Shown here one piece after another: positions 8,920-18,491 of a DNA stretch of 32,000 bases. Both the position numbers and the translations under genes were made by a program. How positions within the stretch are numbered: position 1 is the stretch's first letter; every line of letters begins with the position of its first letter. This DNA is from Stenotrophomonas phage vB_SM_ytsc_ply2008005c. The DNA lies in the sequence record OK562670.1; one strand, written 5' to 3'. The notes under the pieces are model-generated. The model saw only the letters and a list, made by a program, of their open reading frames with translations, did no database searches and was not told where the DNA came from.

Positions 8920-9858
8920 ATGGCAGACGGCAGCCGTCACAGCATGCGATTCGTCCTGGAGTCCACCTACGGGGTGACTCCGGCGACCCCGGCGTTCGAC
9001 ATCGTTCGACACACCGGTACTACCTTGGGCCTCTCGAAAGAAGCCCTGCAGTCGGAGGAGATCCGGGATGACCGGCAGATCGCCGACTTCCGCCACGGCG
9101 CTCGCCAGGTCGGCGGGGATATCAGCATCGAGCTGAGCTACGGCTCATTCGACACGATCCTCGAAGCCCTGCTGGGTGGTACTTGGGCGGCCGACACCCC
9201 GGCGCTGGGCACCGACCAGCTGAAGGCCGGCACTACCCGCCGTTCCTTCACCGTGGAACGCTACTTCGGTGACATCCTCACCGCGGACAAGCCCTTCCAC
9301 CGCTTCACCGGGGTCGAGTTCAACACCCTGCAGCTGCAGATCAACGCCAACGCGATGATCACCGGCACCATCGGGGTGGTCGGCAAGGACATGGCGACGG
9401 ACACCGTGATCGTCACCGGGGCGACCTACAACCCCGCGACCACGACCTCTCCGCTGGACTCCTTCACCGGTACCCTGAACGAGAACGGGACCCCGATCGC
9501 GGTCATCACCGAGATCCAGCTGAACCTGGACAACGGCCTCGACCCGCGCTTCGTGGTTGGTTCGAAGACCACCCTGCGCCCGTCCATCGGCCGCTCCAAT
9601 GTCTCCGGCCAGATCACGGCGTACTTCGAGAACAGCCTGCTGCTCGAGAAGTTCATCAACGAGACCGAGTCGGACATCGAGTTCAACCTGCCCGACGGCG
9701 CAGGCAACAACCTGAAGGTCATCCTGCCGCGGATCAAGTACAACGGTGGCCAGCCGGACGTGCAGGGCGAGGGTCCCATCACCCTGTCCATGCCGTTCCA
9801 GGCCCTGCTGGACTCGACCACGAACACCAACATCATCATCGAGCGGACTCCGGCATAA
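8920..9858 (+). CDS. Major tail tube protein
   Basis: 312 aa 'SMRFVLESTYGVTPATPAFDIVRHTGTTLGLSKEALQSEEIRDDRQIADFRHGARQVGGDISIELSYGSFDTILEALLGGTW' is typical of phage tail tube proteins. Confidence 0.85.
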   Translation: MADGSRHSMRFVLESTYGVTPATPAFDIVRHTGTTLGLSKEALQSEEIRDDRQIADFRHGARQVGGDISIELSYGSFDTILEALLGGTWAADTPALGTDQLKAGTTRRSFTVERYFGDILTADKPFHRFTGVEFNTLQLQINANAMITGTIGVVGKDMATDTVIVTGATYNPATTTSPLDSFTGTLNENGTPIAVITEIQLNLDNGLDPRFVVGSKTTLRPSIGRSNVSGQITAYFENSLLLEKFINETESDIEFNLPDGAGNNLKVILPRIKYNGGQPDVQGEGPITLSMPFQALLDSTTNTNIIIERTPA

Positions 9859-10334
9859 TGGACAAGAACAGCACCGGCCTCGGCATGGAGGCCTTCTTCA
9901 CTCGGGAGCGGGCGAACGAGGGGGTGGAAGTCCCCCTCTACACCCCGGACGGTACCAAGAGCCAGCACTGGATTCGCATCCGCGGCGTCGATTCGGACGC
10001 CTTCCGCGAAGCCGAGGCCAACAGCAAGCGCGACGCCTTCCGTGTGGCCAGCATGGAGGATTCGCTGGAGCGGGCCAAGGCTATCCAGGAAGCCAAGCTC
10101 AACCTGATTGCTGCCCTCGTCATCAGCTGGTCCTTCGAGAAGGAGTGCACCCTTGAAAACGTCAAGGAGTTCTTCCGACAGGCTCCCCAGATTGCCGACG
10201 CCGTGGATCAGGTGGCGAGTAAGCGCGCCCTTTTTTTCGCGAAAAGGTCGAGCAGCTCGGTAAGCACGCCGAAGCCGAGTTCCGGCTCGACCAGAAGCCG
10301 AAAGGGTCAAAGCAAACCCTCCGGGAAAGCCTGA
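9858..10334 (+). CDS. Tail assembly chaperone, unshifted product (gpG-like)
   Basis: 158 aa between tail tube and tape measure genes; contains the slippery site at 10232-10238. Confidence 0.8.
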   Translation: MDKNSTGLGMEAFFTRERANEGVEVPLYTPDGTKSQHWIRIRGVDSDAFREAEANSKRDAFRVASMEDSLERAKAIQEAKLNLIAALVISWSFEKECTLENVKEFFRQAPQIADAVDQVASKRALFFAKRSSSSVSTPKPSSGSTRSRKGQSKPSGKA

Positions 10335-10576
10335 TCCAAGTTTGGAAGACGCTGGGACGGAAGCCGAAGCAACTCGCCGAGGTCCCAGCCCTTCCACAGG
10401 AGCTCGAATATGTATGGGAGTGGTATCGCGAGGTGTGTACGGGGGAGCCCCTGACCTATACCGAGCTGCACCACTGGTCGATGGTTACCGGCAAGCGCCT
10501 TCAGGGGTGGGAGGCGGAGCTGATACGGTCACTAGACCGCATCTTCTGGAAGGTGCAGAATGAACGATACCGCTAG
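9858..10576 (+). CDS. Tail assembly chaperone, -1 frameshift product (gpGT-like, about 239 aa)
   Basis: T TTT TTC at 10232-10238 is in zero-frame phase (codons ...CTT TTT TTC). The -1 frame is open from 10238 to TAG 10574-10576 and encodes REKVEQLGKHAEAEFRLDQKPKGSKQTLRESLIQVWKTLGRKPKQLAEVPALPQELEYVWEWYREVCTGEPLTYTELHHWSMVTGKRLQGWEAELIRSLDRIFWKVQNERYR*. Confidence 0.88.
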
Positions 10577-13028
10577 CCTTGAGATCCGGGTCCTATCAGA
10601 CCAAGTCGATGCCGCCAACCGGCGCCTCGACAATCTCGAGAAGAAAGGTGCCCGCGCCGAGCGGGCCACCGACGGGCTGACCGGGGCCTTCACCCGCCTC
10701 GCTGGCCCCCTCCTTGCCGCTGTCTCCGCCACAGCCGCCCTCTCCAAGCTGGTCGATGTCTCCCGGGAGTTCGACAAGCTCAACGCCGGCCTGATCACGG
10801 CTACCGGCTCTGCAGAGGGGGCTCAGGTCGCTTTCGAAGCGATCCAGGACTTCGCTACCAACACCCCGTACGACCTGGCTCAGGTCACGGAGTCCTTCAC
10901 CAAGCTGGTCAACTATGGCCTGACCCCGTCCGAGCGCGCCCTCACATCCTACGGCAACACCGCCTCGGCGCTGGGCAAGGACCTCAACCAGATGATCGAA
11001 GCGGTGGCCGATGCGGCTACCGGCGAGTTCGAACGGTTGAAGGAGTTCGGCATCCGTGCCAGCGCTGAAGGGGACCGGGTCAAGTTCACCTTCCGTGGGG
11101 TGTCCACAGAGGTCGGGAAGAACGCCGCTGAGATCGAGAATTACCTGATCCAGCTCGGCGAGAACAACTTCGCCGACGCGATGACCAACCGGATGGACAC
11201 CCTCGACGGTGCCCTGTCCAACCTGGCTGACGAGTGGGATAAGCTGTTCCTGAACGTCTCCCAGCAGGGGATCGGCGACGTCATCGAAGACTCCGTGCGC
11301 CTCGCGATCGATGTGCTGGCCGAGCTGAATGCCATGCTAGCCTCCGGGGAGCTGGAGGGCTATCTCCAAGCCATCATGACCCAGTTCCAAGGCTGGGGGG
11401 ATGACATCGTCCGGACGGTTGACATCGTCAGCCAGTTCATCCAGGACACCTTCGGGGATTGGAAGGACGAGGGCGAGGGGGTGGTCAAGTTCCTGATTGA
11501 CGCCTTCAAGAACCTGCCGGCCAACCTGCGGGCCATCGTCCAGATCATGGTGGTGGAGTTCGCCTCCGGTCTTGACCGGATGAAGGCGGGGGCCGAGTTC
11601 TGGAAGGATGCTGTCACCGCTATCTTCACGGACGACACCATCTCCGCCTCCTTCACCCGCTACACCCAGCGGATGGAAGCCATTCAGTCCGCCCGGCTGG
11701 ACTCCATTGCTGCGGCCCTGCAGGAGCGCGACACCACCCTGCAGGCCACCGAGGACCAGATCGCTGCGGCTCGTAAGCTCCGTGAGGAGTACGACCGCAA
11801 CCAGGCCGCCCGCCGCGCCCAGACGGGGGACCGCCTTGCCGGCTTCCGCCAGTCGGGCGGCGGGGAGGGAGCCTCCGGGTCTGTGGACAAGGCGGCCGCA
11901 GCTGCAGCCAAGAAGCGCCAAGACGAGTTCCAGCGCCTCGTGGAATCCCTGCGTACCGAGGAGGAGGCCATCCGGGCGTCCTACGAGAAGCGCCGGCAGA
12001 TTATCGAACAGAACACCGCCGCAGGCTCCGGGCAGCGAGCGGACCTCATGGCTCGGCTGGATTCCGAGTACGCCGAGGAGCTGGCCAAGCTCCAGGAGGC
12101 CAAGGGCCGCGAGCTGGAGGAGGTCCGGCGCTCCCTGCTGTCCGAAGAAGAAGCCATCAAGGAGAGCTACGACCGGCGCCTGCAGATCGTTCTGGACAAC
12201 ACCGCGGAAGGCTCCGCTGCCCGTGAGGAGCTGGCCGCCAAGCTGCAGATGGAGTACGACGACCAGCTGAAGCAGCTGGAGGAAGCCAAGCAGCGAGAGC
12301 GGGATAGCCTCTACAACGGCCTGCTGACCGAGGAGGAGATGATCCTCCAATCCTACGAGCGCCGCAAGGCTCAGATCCTCGAGAGCACCGCTGTCACCGA
12401 AACCGAGCGGCTGGAGCTGATGAAGCGGCTGGAGGAGCAGTACTCCAACGAGATGGCTGCCCTCGAGCAGAAGCGCCTGCAGACCCAGCTGGCCTCTGCC
12501 TCCGCCTTGTTTGATGGGCTGGCCGGGCTGGCCAAGTCCTATGCCGGGGAGCAGTCCCAAGCCTACCGGGCGCTGTTCGCTATCAGCAAGGCCTTCTCCG
12601 TCGCGCAGGCGGCGATGTCGATTGCCACAGGCTTGGCCAAGGCTCAGGAGCTGGGCTTCCCAGCCAACCTAGCTGAGATGGCGCGCGTTGCCGCCACCGG
12701 GGCCTCCATCGTCTCCCAGATCAACGGGGCTAACTTCGCCGGGGCCTACGACAAGGGCGGCAACATCCCGGCAGGTAAGATCGGGCTGGTCGGGGAGTAC
12801 GGTCCCGAGCTGATTGAAGGTCCTGCCAAGGTGACGTCCCGGGCCGAAACGGCTAAAATGCTCAAGGGCGGAGGCGAAGGCGCCGCCCCGGCTGCACCGC
12901 CTGTGGTCAACGTCCGCAACATCAACGTGCTGGACCCGGCCGTCGTGGGGGATTACCTCGGATCGGATGAAGGCGAGCAGATGATCATGAACGTGGTTCA
13001 GCGCAATCAGCGGGCGCTGGGCTTCTAA
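10560..13028 (+). CDS. Tail tape measure protein
   Basis: 822 aa. Tape measure-type N-terminus ('AFTRLAGPLLAAVSATAALSKLVDVSREFDKLNAGLITATGSAEGA'), coiled coils, and position after the gpG/gpGT pair. Confidence 0.94.
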   Translation: MNDTASLEIRVLSDQVDAANRRLDNLEKKGARAERATDGLTGAFTRLAGPLLAAVSATAALSKLVDVSREFDKLNAGLITATGSAEGAQVAFEAIQDFATNTPYDLAQVTESFTKLVNYGLTPSERALTSYGNTASALGKDLNQMIEAVADAATGEFERLKEFGIRASAEGDRVKFTFRGVSTEVGKNAAEIENYLIQLGENNFADAMTNRMDTLDGALSNLADEWDKLFLNVSQQGIGDVIEDSVRLAIDVLAELNAMLASGELEGYLQAIMTQFQGWGDDIVRTVDIVSQFIQDTFGDWKDEGEGVVKFLIDAFKNLPANLRAIVQIMVVEFASGLDRMKAGAEFWKDAVTAIFTDDTISASFTRYTQRMEAIQSARLDSIAAALQERDTTLQATEDQIAAARKLREEYDRNQAARRAQTGDRLAGFRQSGGGEGASGSVDKAAAAAAKKRQDEFQRLVESLRTEEEAIRASYEKRRQIIEQNTAAGSGQRADLMARLDSEYAEELAKLQEAKGRELEEVRRSLLSEEEAIKESYDRRLQIVLDNTAEGSAAREELAAKLQMEYDDQLKQLEEAKQRERDSLYNGLLTEEEMILQSYERRKAQILESTAVTETERLELMKRLEEQYSNEMAALEQKRLQTQLASASALFDGLAGLAKSYAGEQSQAYRALFAISKAFSVAQAAMSIATGLAKAQELGFPANLAEMARVAATGASIVSQINGANFAGAYDKGGNIPAGKIGLVGEYGPELIEGPAKVTSRAETAKMLKGGGEGAAPAAPPVVNVRNINVLDPAVVGDYLGSDEGEQMIMNVVQRNQRALGF
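11949..12506 (+). repeat. Three tandem 62-aa (186 bp) coiled-coil repeats inside the tape measure protein
   Basis: LRTEEEAIRASYEKRRQIIEQNTAAGS... / LLSEEEAIKESYDRRLQIVLDNTAEGS... / LLTEEEMILQSYERRKAQILESTAVTE... starting at 11949, 12135 and 12321. Confidence 0.88.
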
Positions 13029-13037
13029 GGAGTAACC

Positions 13038-14558
13038 ATGGCGAACGAAGTCGGTACCGCAAACAACCTCGAGGACCTGTTCGGGAAGATCATCTCTTTC
13101 CTGACGACCAACGCCACGCTTGTAGCGGCGAACCAGGAGTGGGAGACCCTCCGCTTGCGCCGTGACAACATCGCGGTCTACACGACTAACCTGACGGAGC
13201 CGTCTGGCACCTCCGGAGGGAACCGCCGGTCGATCCAAACCTTTCGGTACGACCCTCGGTCCCTGAACACCGACGACGAGAACTCCACCTACCAGGCCAA
13301 TTTCTACGCTAGCAACTTCTCCTCTGGGGTGAGCCACGCTACTTGGCAGTTCCGTACTGCCCGGGAGGTCAAAACCGTGCGCCTTCGGGCGCCCCTTGCC
13401 AATAGCCACCTGAACCAAATGCTGCGAAACTTTCGCTTGCAGTACTCCGATGATGGCTCGGCCTGGACCACCGCGCTGACCGTCAGCGCCAGCACCGTAT
13501 TCAGTCTCGGGGAGACCAAGGATTATGCTGTCCCCGGCACCCCCGGGAGCCATCTCCACTGGCGCATCCTCATGGATAGTGTCCAGTCCGGCTCCAGCGC
13601 GGTATCCTGGATGAATATGCTGCTTTTAGAAGCCGATGGTACCGTAGCCAACCACTTTGGTAGCGAAGCGATCCTCAAGGCCCGCGGCAACGCAGGGACA
13701 GAGGAGATTTACACGGGCATCCGCTGCGAGTACGAGGCGGCAGCCGGTTGGTACAACCTCTTCTTGAACGGGTACACCGGCTTTGACCCAAACGAGCAGT
13801 CGTGGTTTAAGCAGCCGGGGGCACTCAACAGCTACGGGGCGCAATACACCTACGCCGTCCCGATGGTCCCATGCTGGGACACCACGATGCCTTACTGGTT
13901 TGTGGCGTCCGGCCGCGCCTTCCGATTTGCAGTCAAGGTCTCCACCAGTTATGAAGCTGGCTACCTTGGGTATATCCTGCCCTACGCCACGCCGGGGCAG
14001 TTCCCATACCCGTTGGCCGTAGGGGGTTCGCTGGTTCCCCAGACGTCAAACCGCGGAGCGGAGTGGCGCTACTCCTACGCCAACTGGCGCCATGGCTGTC
14101 CGGCCGGCCCCGGAATTGACAGCTATGCCGCGAACGAAGGGCGCTGGGCCACCCTTTACATGCGCAACCCTGATGGTGAGTGGGGCTACTTCGGCAACCG
14201 CGGGGACTCCAACCCGCAGCCGGAGGACATCTACGGCCCGAACCAATCGACGTCGGCGCCTTACGCCCCGTCAGGATCTTGGCGCTGCGTCTGGCCCCAC
14301 GCCATGAACGACCAGTGGACCAGCGGCAAACGCCCGTATCGTGAGTGCCTCGGTGGAGGCTACATCCTCCAGCCCTGCATTCTGATGCAGCGGGCGCCCT
14401 ACTCCGCGGTGTTCGGGGAGCTTGAGGGGACCTATGCCATCAGCGGGTATGCCAACTCCCCGGAGAACACTACAACCTGGAACGGCAAGACCGTCGTGGT
14501 CTTCCAGCACGCCTACCGCAACACCGTCCACGAGTTCTGGGCGATGTCGCTTGATTAA
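13038..14558 (+). CDS. Virion/tail-associated protein, unknown function
   Basis: 506 aa with SD AAGGAG. Lies between tape measure and tail-tip genes. Shares motifs with the next ORF. Confidence 0.7.
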   Translation: MANEVGTANNLEDLFGKIISFLTTNATLVAANQEWETLRLRRDNIAVYTTNLTEPSGTSGGNRRSIQTFRYDPRSLNTDDENSTYQANFYASNFSSGVSHATWQFRTAREVKTVRLRAPLANSHLNQMLRNFRLQYSDDGSAWTTALTVSASTVFSLGETKDYAVPGTPGSHLHWRILMDSVQSGSSAVSWMNMLLLEADGTVANHFGSEAILKARGNAGTEEIYTGIRCEYEAAAGWYNLFLNGYTGFDPNEQSWFKQPGALNSYGAQYTYAVPMVPCWDTTMPYWFVASGRAFRFAVKVSTSYEAGYLGYILPYATPGQFPYPLAVGGSLVPQTSNRGAEWRYSYANWRHGCPAGPGIDSYAANEGRWATLYMRNPDGEWGYFGNRGDSNPQPEDIYGPNQSTSAPYAPSGSWRCVWPHAMNDQWTSGKRPYRECLGGGYILQPCILMQRAPYSAVFGELEGTYAISGYANSPENTTTWNGKTVVVFQHAYRNTVHEFWAMSLD

Positions 14559-14569
14559 GGGGATAGAAC

Positions 14570-15571
14570 ATGGCCTATGAAACCGGTACCTCGTCCAGTG
14601 TCGTGGACCTACTCGACAAGTTCCGGCTCTTCGCGATTGCGCAGGGCTGGACGGCGAATCGCTGGGCGACCGTCGGGTCCGGGCGGGAGCTCTGCATCCA
14701 GAAGGGGGCGGCGTACTTCAACTTCCGGGCGTGGAACAACGAGACCATGCTCGTCAACGGTTCAAGTTCCAACAGCAAGTATGGTATCACCCTGAACGGC
14801 TCGGACGGGTATTCCGGGGCCGCTGCTTGGGACCGCCAGCCCGGTTATCCGGTCCGGGGCTCGACCTCGGGGGGAGACCAGGCGCATGTCCTGTTCCCGT
14901 TGGTCATTACCACTGGCCCCTTCCCGGCGTACCACTTTTTCGCCCCGGACAGCAAGACCCTGTTTGCAGAGGTCGAGATTAGCACCGGTATCTTCCTCCG
15001 CTTCGGCTGTGGCAGCCTGGACCTGTTTAATCCGGCGGCCCCCGGCGGTGGGCGCTTCTGCTATAGTACTGGTGGTGCCCATGTCACCAACTCCACCGCC
15101 ACCTCGGCGTGGCTCGGGGTGGATGCCGATCACTCCAGCTACGCGATGGAGCTGGTTCCTTTCCGCGGGGCGGACTATGCGTCCAACAACAGCTCCTACT
15201 CCTTCGGGTCGATGGTGCGGGCGGCCTTTGGCTCCTTCGACAACTGGGCAGGGTCCGGGCGCACGGTTAGCACCTCGGGGTTGCAGATGGCCTGCCAAGG
15301 TGGCGGGGTGCACGACAAGGTCCTCCGGGACTACAGCCCGAACCCACTCAACGGTATCGGTCTCCTACTCCCCAACATCGTGAGTCTGAACATCGGTGAC
15401 GAGTACCTGTCTCCGATCGGGGTCATCCCGGGCATGCGCTTCATGGACATGACCAACTACCTCCCCGGCGACGAGTTCACCATCGGGTCCGACACCTGGA
15501 AGGTCTTCCCATGGTACGCGAAGGGCGGCATTGGCTACAACCGAGGCATTGCCTACCTCAAGGTGGCGTAA
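14570..15571 (+). CDS. Virion/tail-associated protein, unknown function
   Basis: 333 aa, co-oriented, tightly packed in the tail module. Confidence 0.7.
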   Translation: MAYETGTSSSVVDLLDKFRLFAIAQGWTANRWATVGSGRELCIQKGAAYFNFRAWNNETMLVNGSSSNSKYGITLNGSDGYSGAAAWDRQPGYPVRGSTSGGDQAHVLFPLVITTGPFPAYHFFAPDSKTLFAEVEISTGIFLRFGCGSLDLFNPAAPGGGRFCYSTGGAHVTNSTATSAWLGVDADHSSYAMELVPFRGADYASNNSSYSFGSMVRAAFGSFDNWAGSGRTVSTSGLQMACQGGGVHDKVLRDYSPNPLNGIGLLLPNIVSLNIGDEYLSPIGVIPGMRFMDMTNYLPGDEFTIGSDTWKVFPWYAKGGIGYNRGIAYLKVA

Positions 15572-17239
15572 ATGGCGGTCATTGATACCCACGCCCTTGT
15601 CGGGCCGCTCTCTAAGATCCCTCCAACGCCGGACTACAGCGGGCAGCTGGATGCCTTCGCCCCTGTGGACAACAGCCCTCCGGTCCAGCAATACGAGCGG
15701 ACAGGCGATGCCTTCGTCTCGGTCTCCTCCACCCTACCGATCTCGGAGGTGGAGGAGACAGCAGACGCTTGGCGGATGCCGTCCTTCCTGGATGACTACT
15801 ACTACCGGGTCCATGTGCGGCCGGGGGTCATCGAGCTCGGCAACCTGCTGTCCACACAGGTCCGAGACGTCGAGGTCTGGAGCGCCTACTTCGAGCCCCA
15901 GCTTCTGTCCAGCCTGAGCCAGGTGGGGACCGATGGTATCACCCTGACCCAGCCACAGGTCCCTCCGACGTCCTTCGCGGCGCTGGAGGCCCGGACCTAT
16001 ACGCTGAACATCAGCACCAACGGGGCGCCGGTCATCAACGCCCTCTACACCTTCAACTTCCCGACCGACCACCCGACCCTGACGGTGACCGGACGCCGCG
16101 TGGTGGTCTGGCCCTTCATGCCGCAGACCAAGCACAAGGAGATGCTGGAGTGGCAGACCGACATCATCCCGAGCTTCAACAATGAGCAACGGTTGGCCCT
16201 CCGGCCGGCGCCGCGGCAGTCCTTCTCCCACGAGTTCCAGCTTGACACCTACCAGTTTAGCCGGGCGAAGGCCATTGCGACCCAGTGGGCGCACCGCGTC
16301 TACGGTATCCCGGTCTGGTCCGAGCTGACCCGCCTTGGCCCCCTGTCCGCCGGGGCCACCGAGATCCTCGTTGACACCACCGTTGCCGACTACCGCCAAG
16401 ATGACATCATTATCATCTGGGAGTCCGACACCAACAACGTGGCGGTGGAGATCGGGGCGGTGCTGGCGGACCGGGTCCAGCTGAAGCTCCCGCTGGAGAA
16501 GTCTTACCAGAACGCCTACGTGGCTCCTCTCCGGTTTGCCCGGACCTTTGATGGTATGCAGTTCCGGCGGTCCAACCACGACTTTACCATCGCCAGCGCC
16601 ACGTTCCAGGTCACCCAGAACAAGGACCTCGGGGCAGCTGTTGGGTACCCGCAGTACCGGGGCAAAGACGTCCTGATCGATCCGACCATCTTGGTCAGCG
16701 ACCTTAACGAGCGGATCTCCCGAGCCACGGACGAGTTCGATAACGGCTCCGGCCCGATTGTTGTGGACATCAAGAACAACTGGGTCAACAGTGCCAAGGC
16801 AATTACCTTCGACGTCTTGACTCGGGTCGAGCGTTGGGCGGCTCGTAAGTGGATTCATTCTCGGCGGGGTCGGCAGAAGGGGTTCTGGCTCCCGACCTGG
16901 AACCCGGACCTGATCCTGCTGGAGGATGTCGGCCCGACGGGAGCAGCACTCACCGTGCGGCCTATCGGGTACCCGCTATACTATGGGGTCAAGGACATCA
17001 TGGTGCAGTTGAAGAACGGGACGCGAATCTTCGCCCGGGTGCTCAGCGGCGCGGTGGACCCGAACGAGAACGAGGTGCTGGCCCTAGAGGCGGCGGTCGG
17101 AACCGGATTCACCGTGGCGGAGGTCGACTTCATCTGCTTCATGTCGCATGTCCGGTTCAATTCTGATCGGGTCGAGATCCGCCATGACTATGCTGGCCGG
17201 GCCGTGACCACGATCCCTGTAGTGGAGACCCCGGAATGA
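15572..17239 (+). CDS. Minor tail / tail-tip protein
   Basis: 555 aa immediately before a BR0599-like gene. 'NEQRLALRPAPRQSFSHEFQLD...FSRAKAIATQWAHRVYGIPVWSE' is reminiscent of phage tail-tip proteins. Confidence 0.7.
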   Translation: MAVIDTHALVGPLSKIPPTPDYSGQLDAFAPVDNSPPVQQYERTGDAFVSVSSTLPISEVEETADAWRMPSFLDDYYYRVHVRPGVIELGNLLSTQVRDVEVWSAYFEPQLLSSLSQVGTDGITLTQPQVPPTSFAALEARTYTLNISTNGAPVINALYTFNFPTDHPTLTVTGRRVVVWPFMPQTKHKEMLEWQTDIIPSFNNEQRLALRPAPRQSFSHEFQLDTYQFSRAKAIATQWAHRVYGIPVWSELTRLGPLSAGATEILVDTTVADYRQDDIIIIWESDTNNVAVEIGAVLADRVQLKLPLEKSYQNAYVAPLRFARTFDGMQFRRSNHDFTIASATFQVTQNKDLGAAVGYPQYRGKDVLIDPTILVSDLNERISRATDEFDNGSGPIVVDIKNNWVNSAKAITFDVLTRVERWAARKWIHSRRGRQKGFWLPTWNPDLILLEDVGPTGAALTVRPIGYPLYYGVKDIMVQLKNGTRIFARVLSGAVDPNENEVLALEAAVGTGFTVAEVDFICFMSHVRFNSDRVEIRHDYAGRAVTTIPVVETPE

Positions 17240-18045
17240 CATATGGCACCTATGAGAACTCGCTGGAGCTTGGCACCCCCGTCGAGCTTTACGAGTTTGT
17301 TCAGGGCATCCAGCGCTGGAACTATATCAGCGGGGCTGACTCCATCGTCCGGCTGGGCCAGGTCTATACCCCCATGCCGGTCAGCCGGGACCGAATCAAG
17401 CAGTCGAGCGACATCTTCAAGGACTCTCTCAAGCTCTCCTTCCCGCGGGACGACGCCTTTGCCAGCCAGTTCCTTGGCTTCGCGCCGGAAGATGTGACCA
17501 CAGTCACCGTCCTGCGGGGGCACTATGGGGACCCGGACAACGAATACATCGTCTATTGGAAGGGCCGCATCGTCGGGGCCAAGGTCAACGGCAACCAGAT
17601 CGACGTGGAGGCAGAATCGGTCTTCACCTCCATCAAGCGCCCGGGTCTGCGCGCCCGCTTTGAGTACGGTTGCCGCCGGACCCTCTACCTGAAGGGCTGC
17701 AACGTCAACCGCGAGCTCTACAAGCTGGAGGGCCAAATCCTGTCCATTAGTGGCGGGCTTGTGGTGGCCGTGGCGGGGGCCGCCCTCCAGCCGGGGGGTT
17801 ACTATACGGGTGGGATGTTGGTGGCCCCTAGCGGGGTGCCACGCTTTATTACGGCCCATACCGGGGACCAGGTTACCATTGCCCGGCCCCTCCCCGAGCT
17901 GGTCGGCGGGATGACCGTGGCCCTCTACCCCGGATGCGACCACCTCCGGGAGACCTGCAAGAACAAATTCAACAACCTGGACAACTTCGGCGGCTTCCCG
18001 TTCATCCCGGGCCGGAACCCGTTCGATGGTAGTTCAATCGTCTAG
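17236..18045 (+). CDS. Phage BR0599 / DUF2163-like tail-tip hub protein
   Basis: 'RFEYGCRRTLYLKGCNVN...' and C-terminal 'CKNKFNNLDNFGGFPFIPGRNPFDG' are typical of this family. Confidence 0.83.
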   Translation: MTYGTYENSLELGTPVELYEFVQGIQRWNYISGADSIVRLGQVYTPMPVSRDRIKQSSDIFKDSLKLSFPRDDAFASQFLGFAPEDVTTVTVLRGHYGDPDNEYIVYWKGRIVGAKVNGNQIDVEAESVFTSIKRPGLRARFEYGCRRTLYLKGCNVNRELYKLEGQILSISGGLVVAVAGAALQPGGYYTGGMLVAPSGVPRFITAHTGDQVTIARPLPELVGGMTVALYPGCDHLRETCKNKFNNLDNFGGFPFIPGRNPFDGSSIV

Positions 18046-18054
18046 GAGAATAAC

Positions 18055-18288
18055 ATGGCTTGGGTTGCAGCTATCATCTTTGTCGTCGCGCTGGTCGTCG
18101 CCTATACGATGGCCCCGAAGCCGGAGACACGCCCTCCGGCGGGCCTCGACGAGATCCAGGCCCCGACGGCCGAGGTCGGGCGGGAGATCCCTGTCCTGTT
18201 CGGGCGCCGCAAGCTGGAGGGGCCGAACGTCGTATGGTATGGGCACCTCCGGACTGTCGCGATCAAGAAGAAGGGAGGCAAGAAGTGA
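18055..18288 (+). CDS. Small tail assembly protein with N-terminal hydrophobic segment
   Basis: 77 aa 'MAWVAAIIFVVALVVAYTMAPKPETRPPAGLDEIQAPTAEVGREIPVLFG', commonly found just upstream of the tail tip attachment gene. Confidence 0.72.
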   Translation: MAWVAAIIFVVALVVAYTMAPKPETRPPAGLDEIQAPTAEVGREIPVLFGRRKLEGPNVVWYGHLRTVAIKKKGGKK

Positions 18289-18491
18289 CGGAACAAGTTA
18301 TCGTGCGGATGGGGGACCTGCGCTCCCTCCGTTACTGCGCCCGCGGGGTCCGGGAGTTCTTTGCTCGCTATGAGCTGGACTACAGCGACTTCCTGCAGAA
18401 CGGCGTCCCCGCGGAGAAGCTCCTTGCGGCCTCCGGTAATGATGCAATGGCCGTAGCGGCCGTGGAGGTGGCTCGTGGGCGGCAGCAGTAA
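18285..18491 (+). CDS. Small tail-module protein, GTG start
   Basis: GTG 18285 overlaps the upstream stop. 68 aa VTEQVIVRMGDLRSLRYCARGVREFFARYELDYSDFLQNGVPAEKLLAASGNDAMAVAAVEVARGRQQ. The track placed this inside a longer out-of-phase ORF starting at 18060. Confidence 0.72.
   Translation: MTEQVIVRMGDLRSLRYCARGVREFFARYELDYSDFLQNGVPAEKLLAASGNDAMAVAAVEVARGRQQ

Noticed and set aside
10342-10563. + strand ORF (73 aa) between chaperone and tape measure
   Set aside because: Wrong frame; the region is explained by the -1 frameshift extension ending at 10576.
11337-12560. Long - strand ORF (407 aa) opposite the tape measure gene
   Set aside because: Leu/Gly-rich antisense artefact; the tape measure reading frame is well supported.
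15734-16858. - strand ORF (374 aa) in the tail region
   Set aside because: Antisense to a tightly packed tail gene, no motif support.
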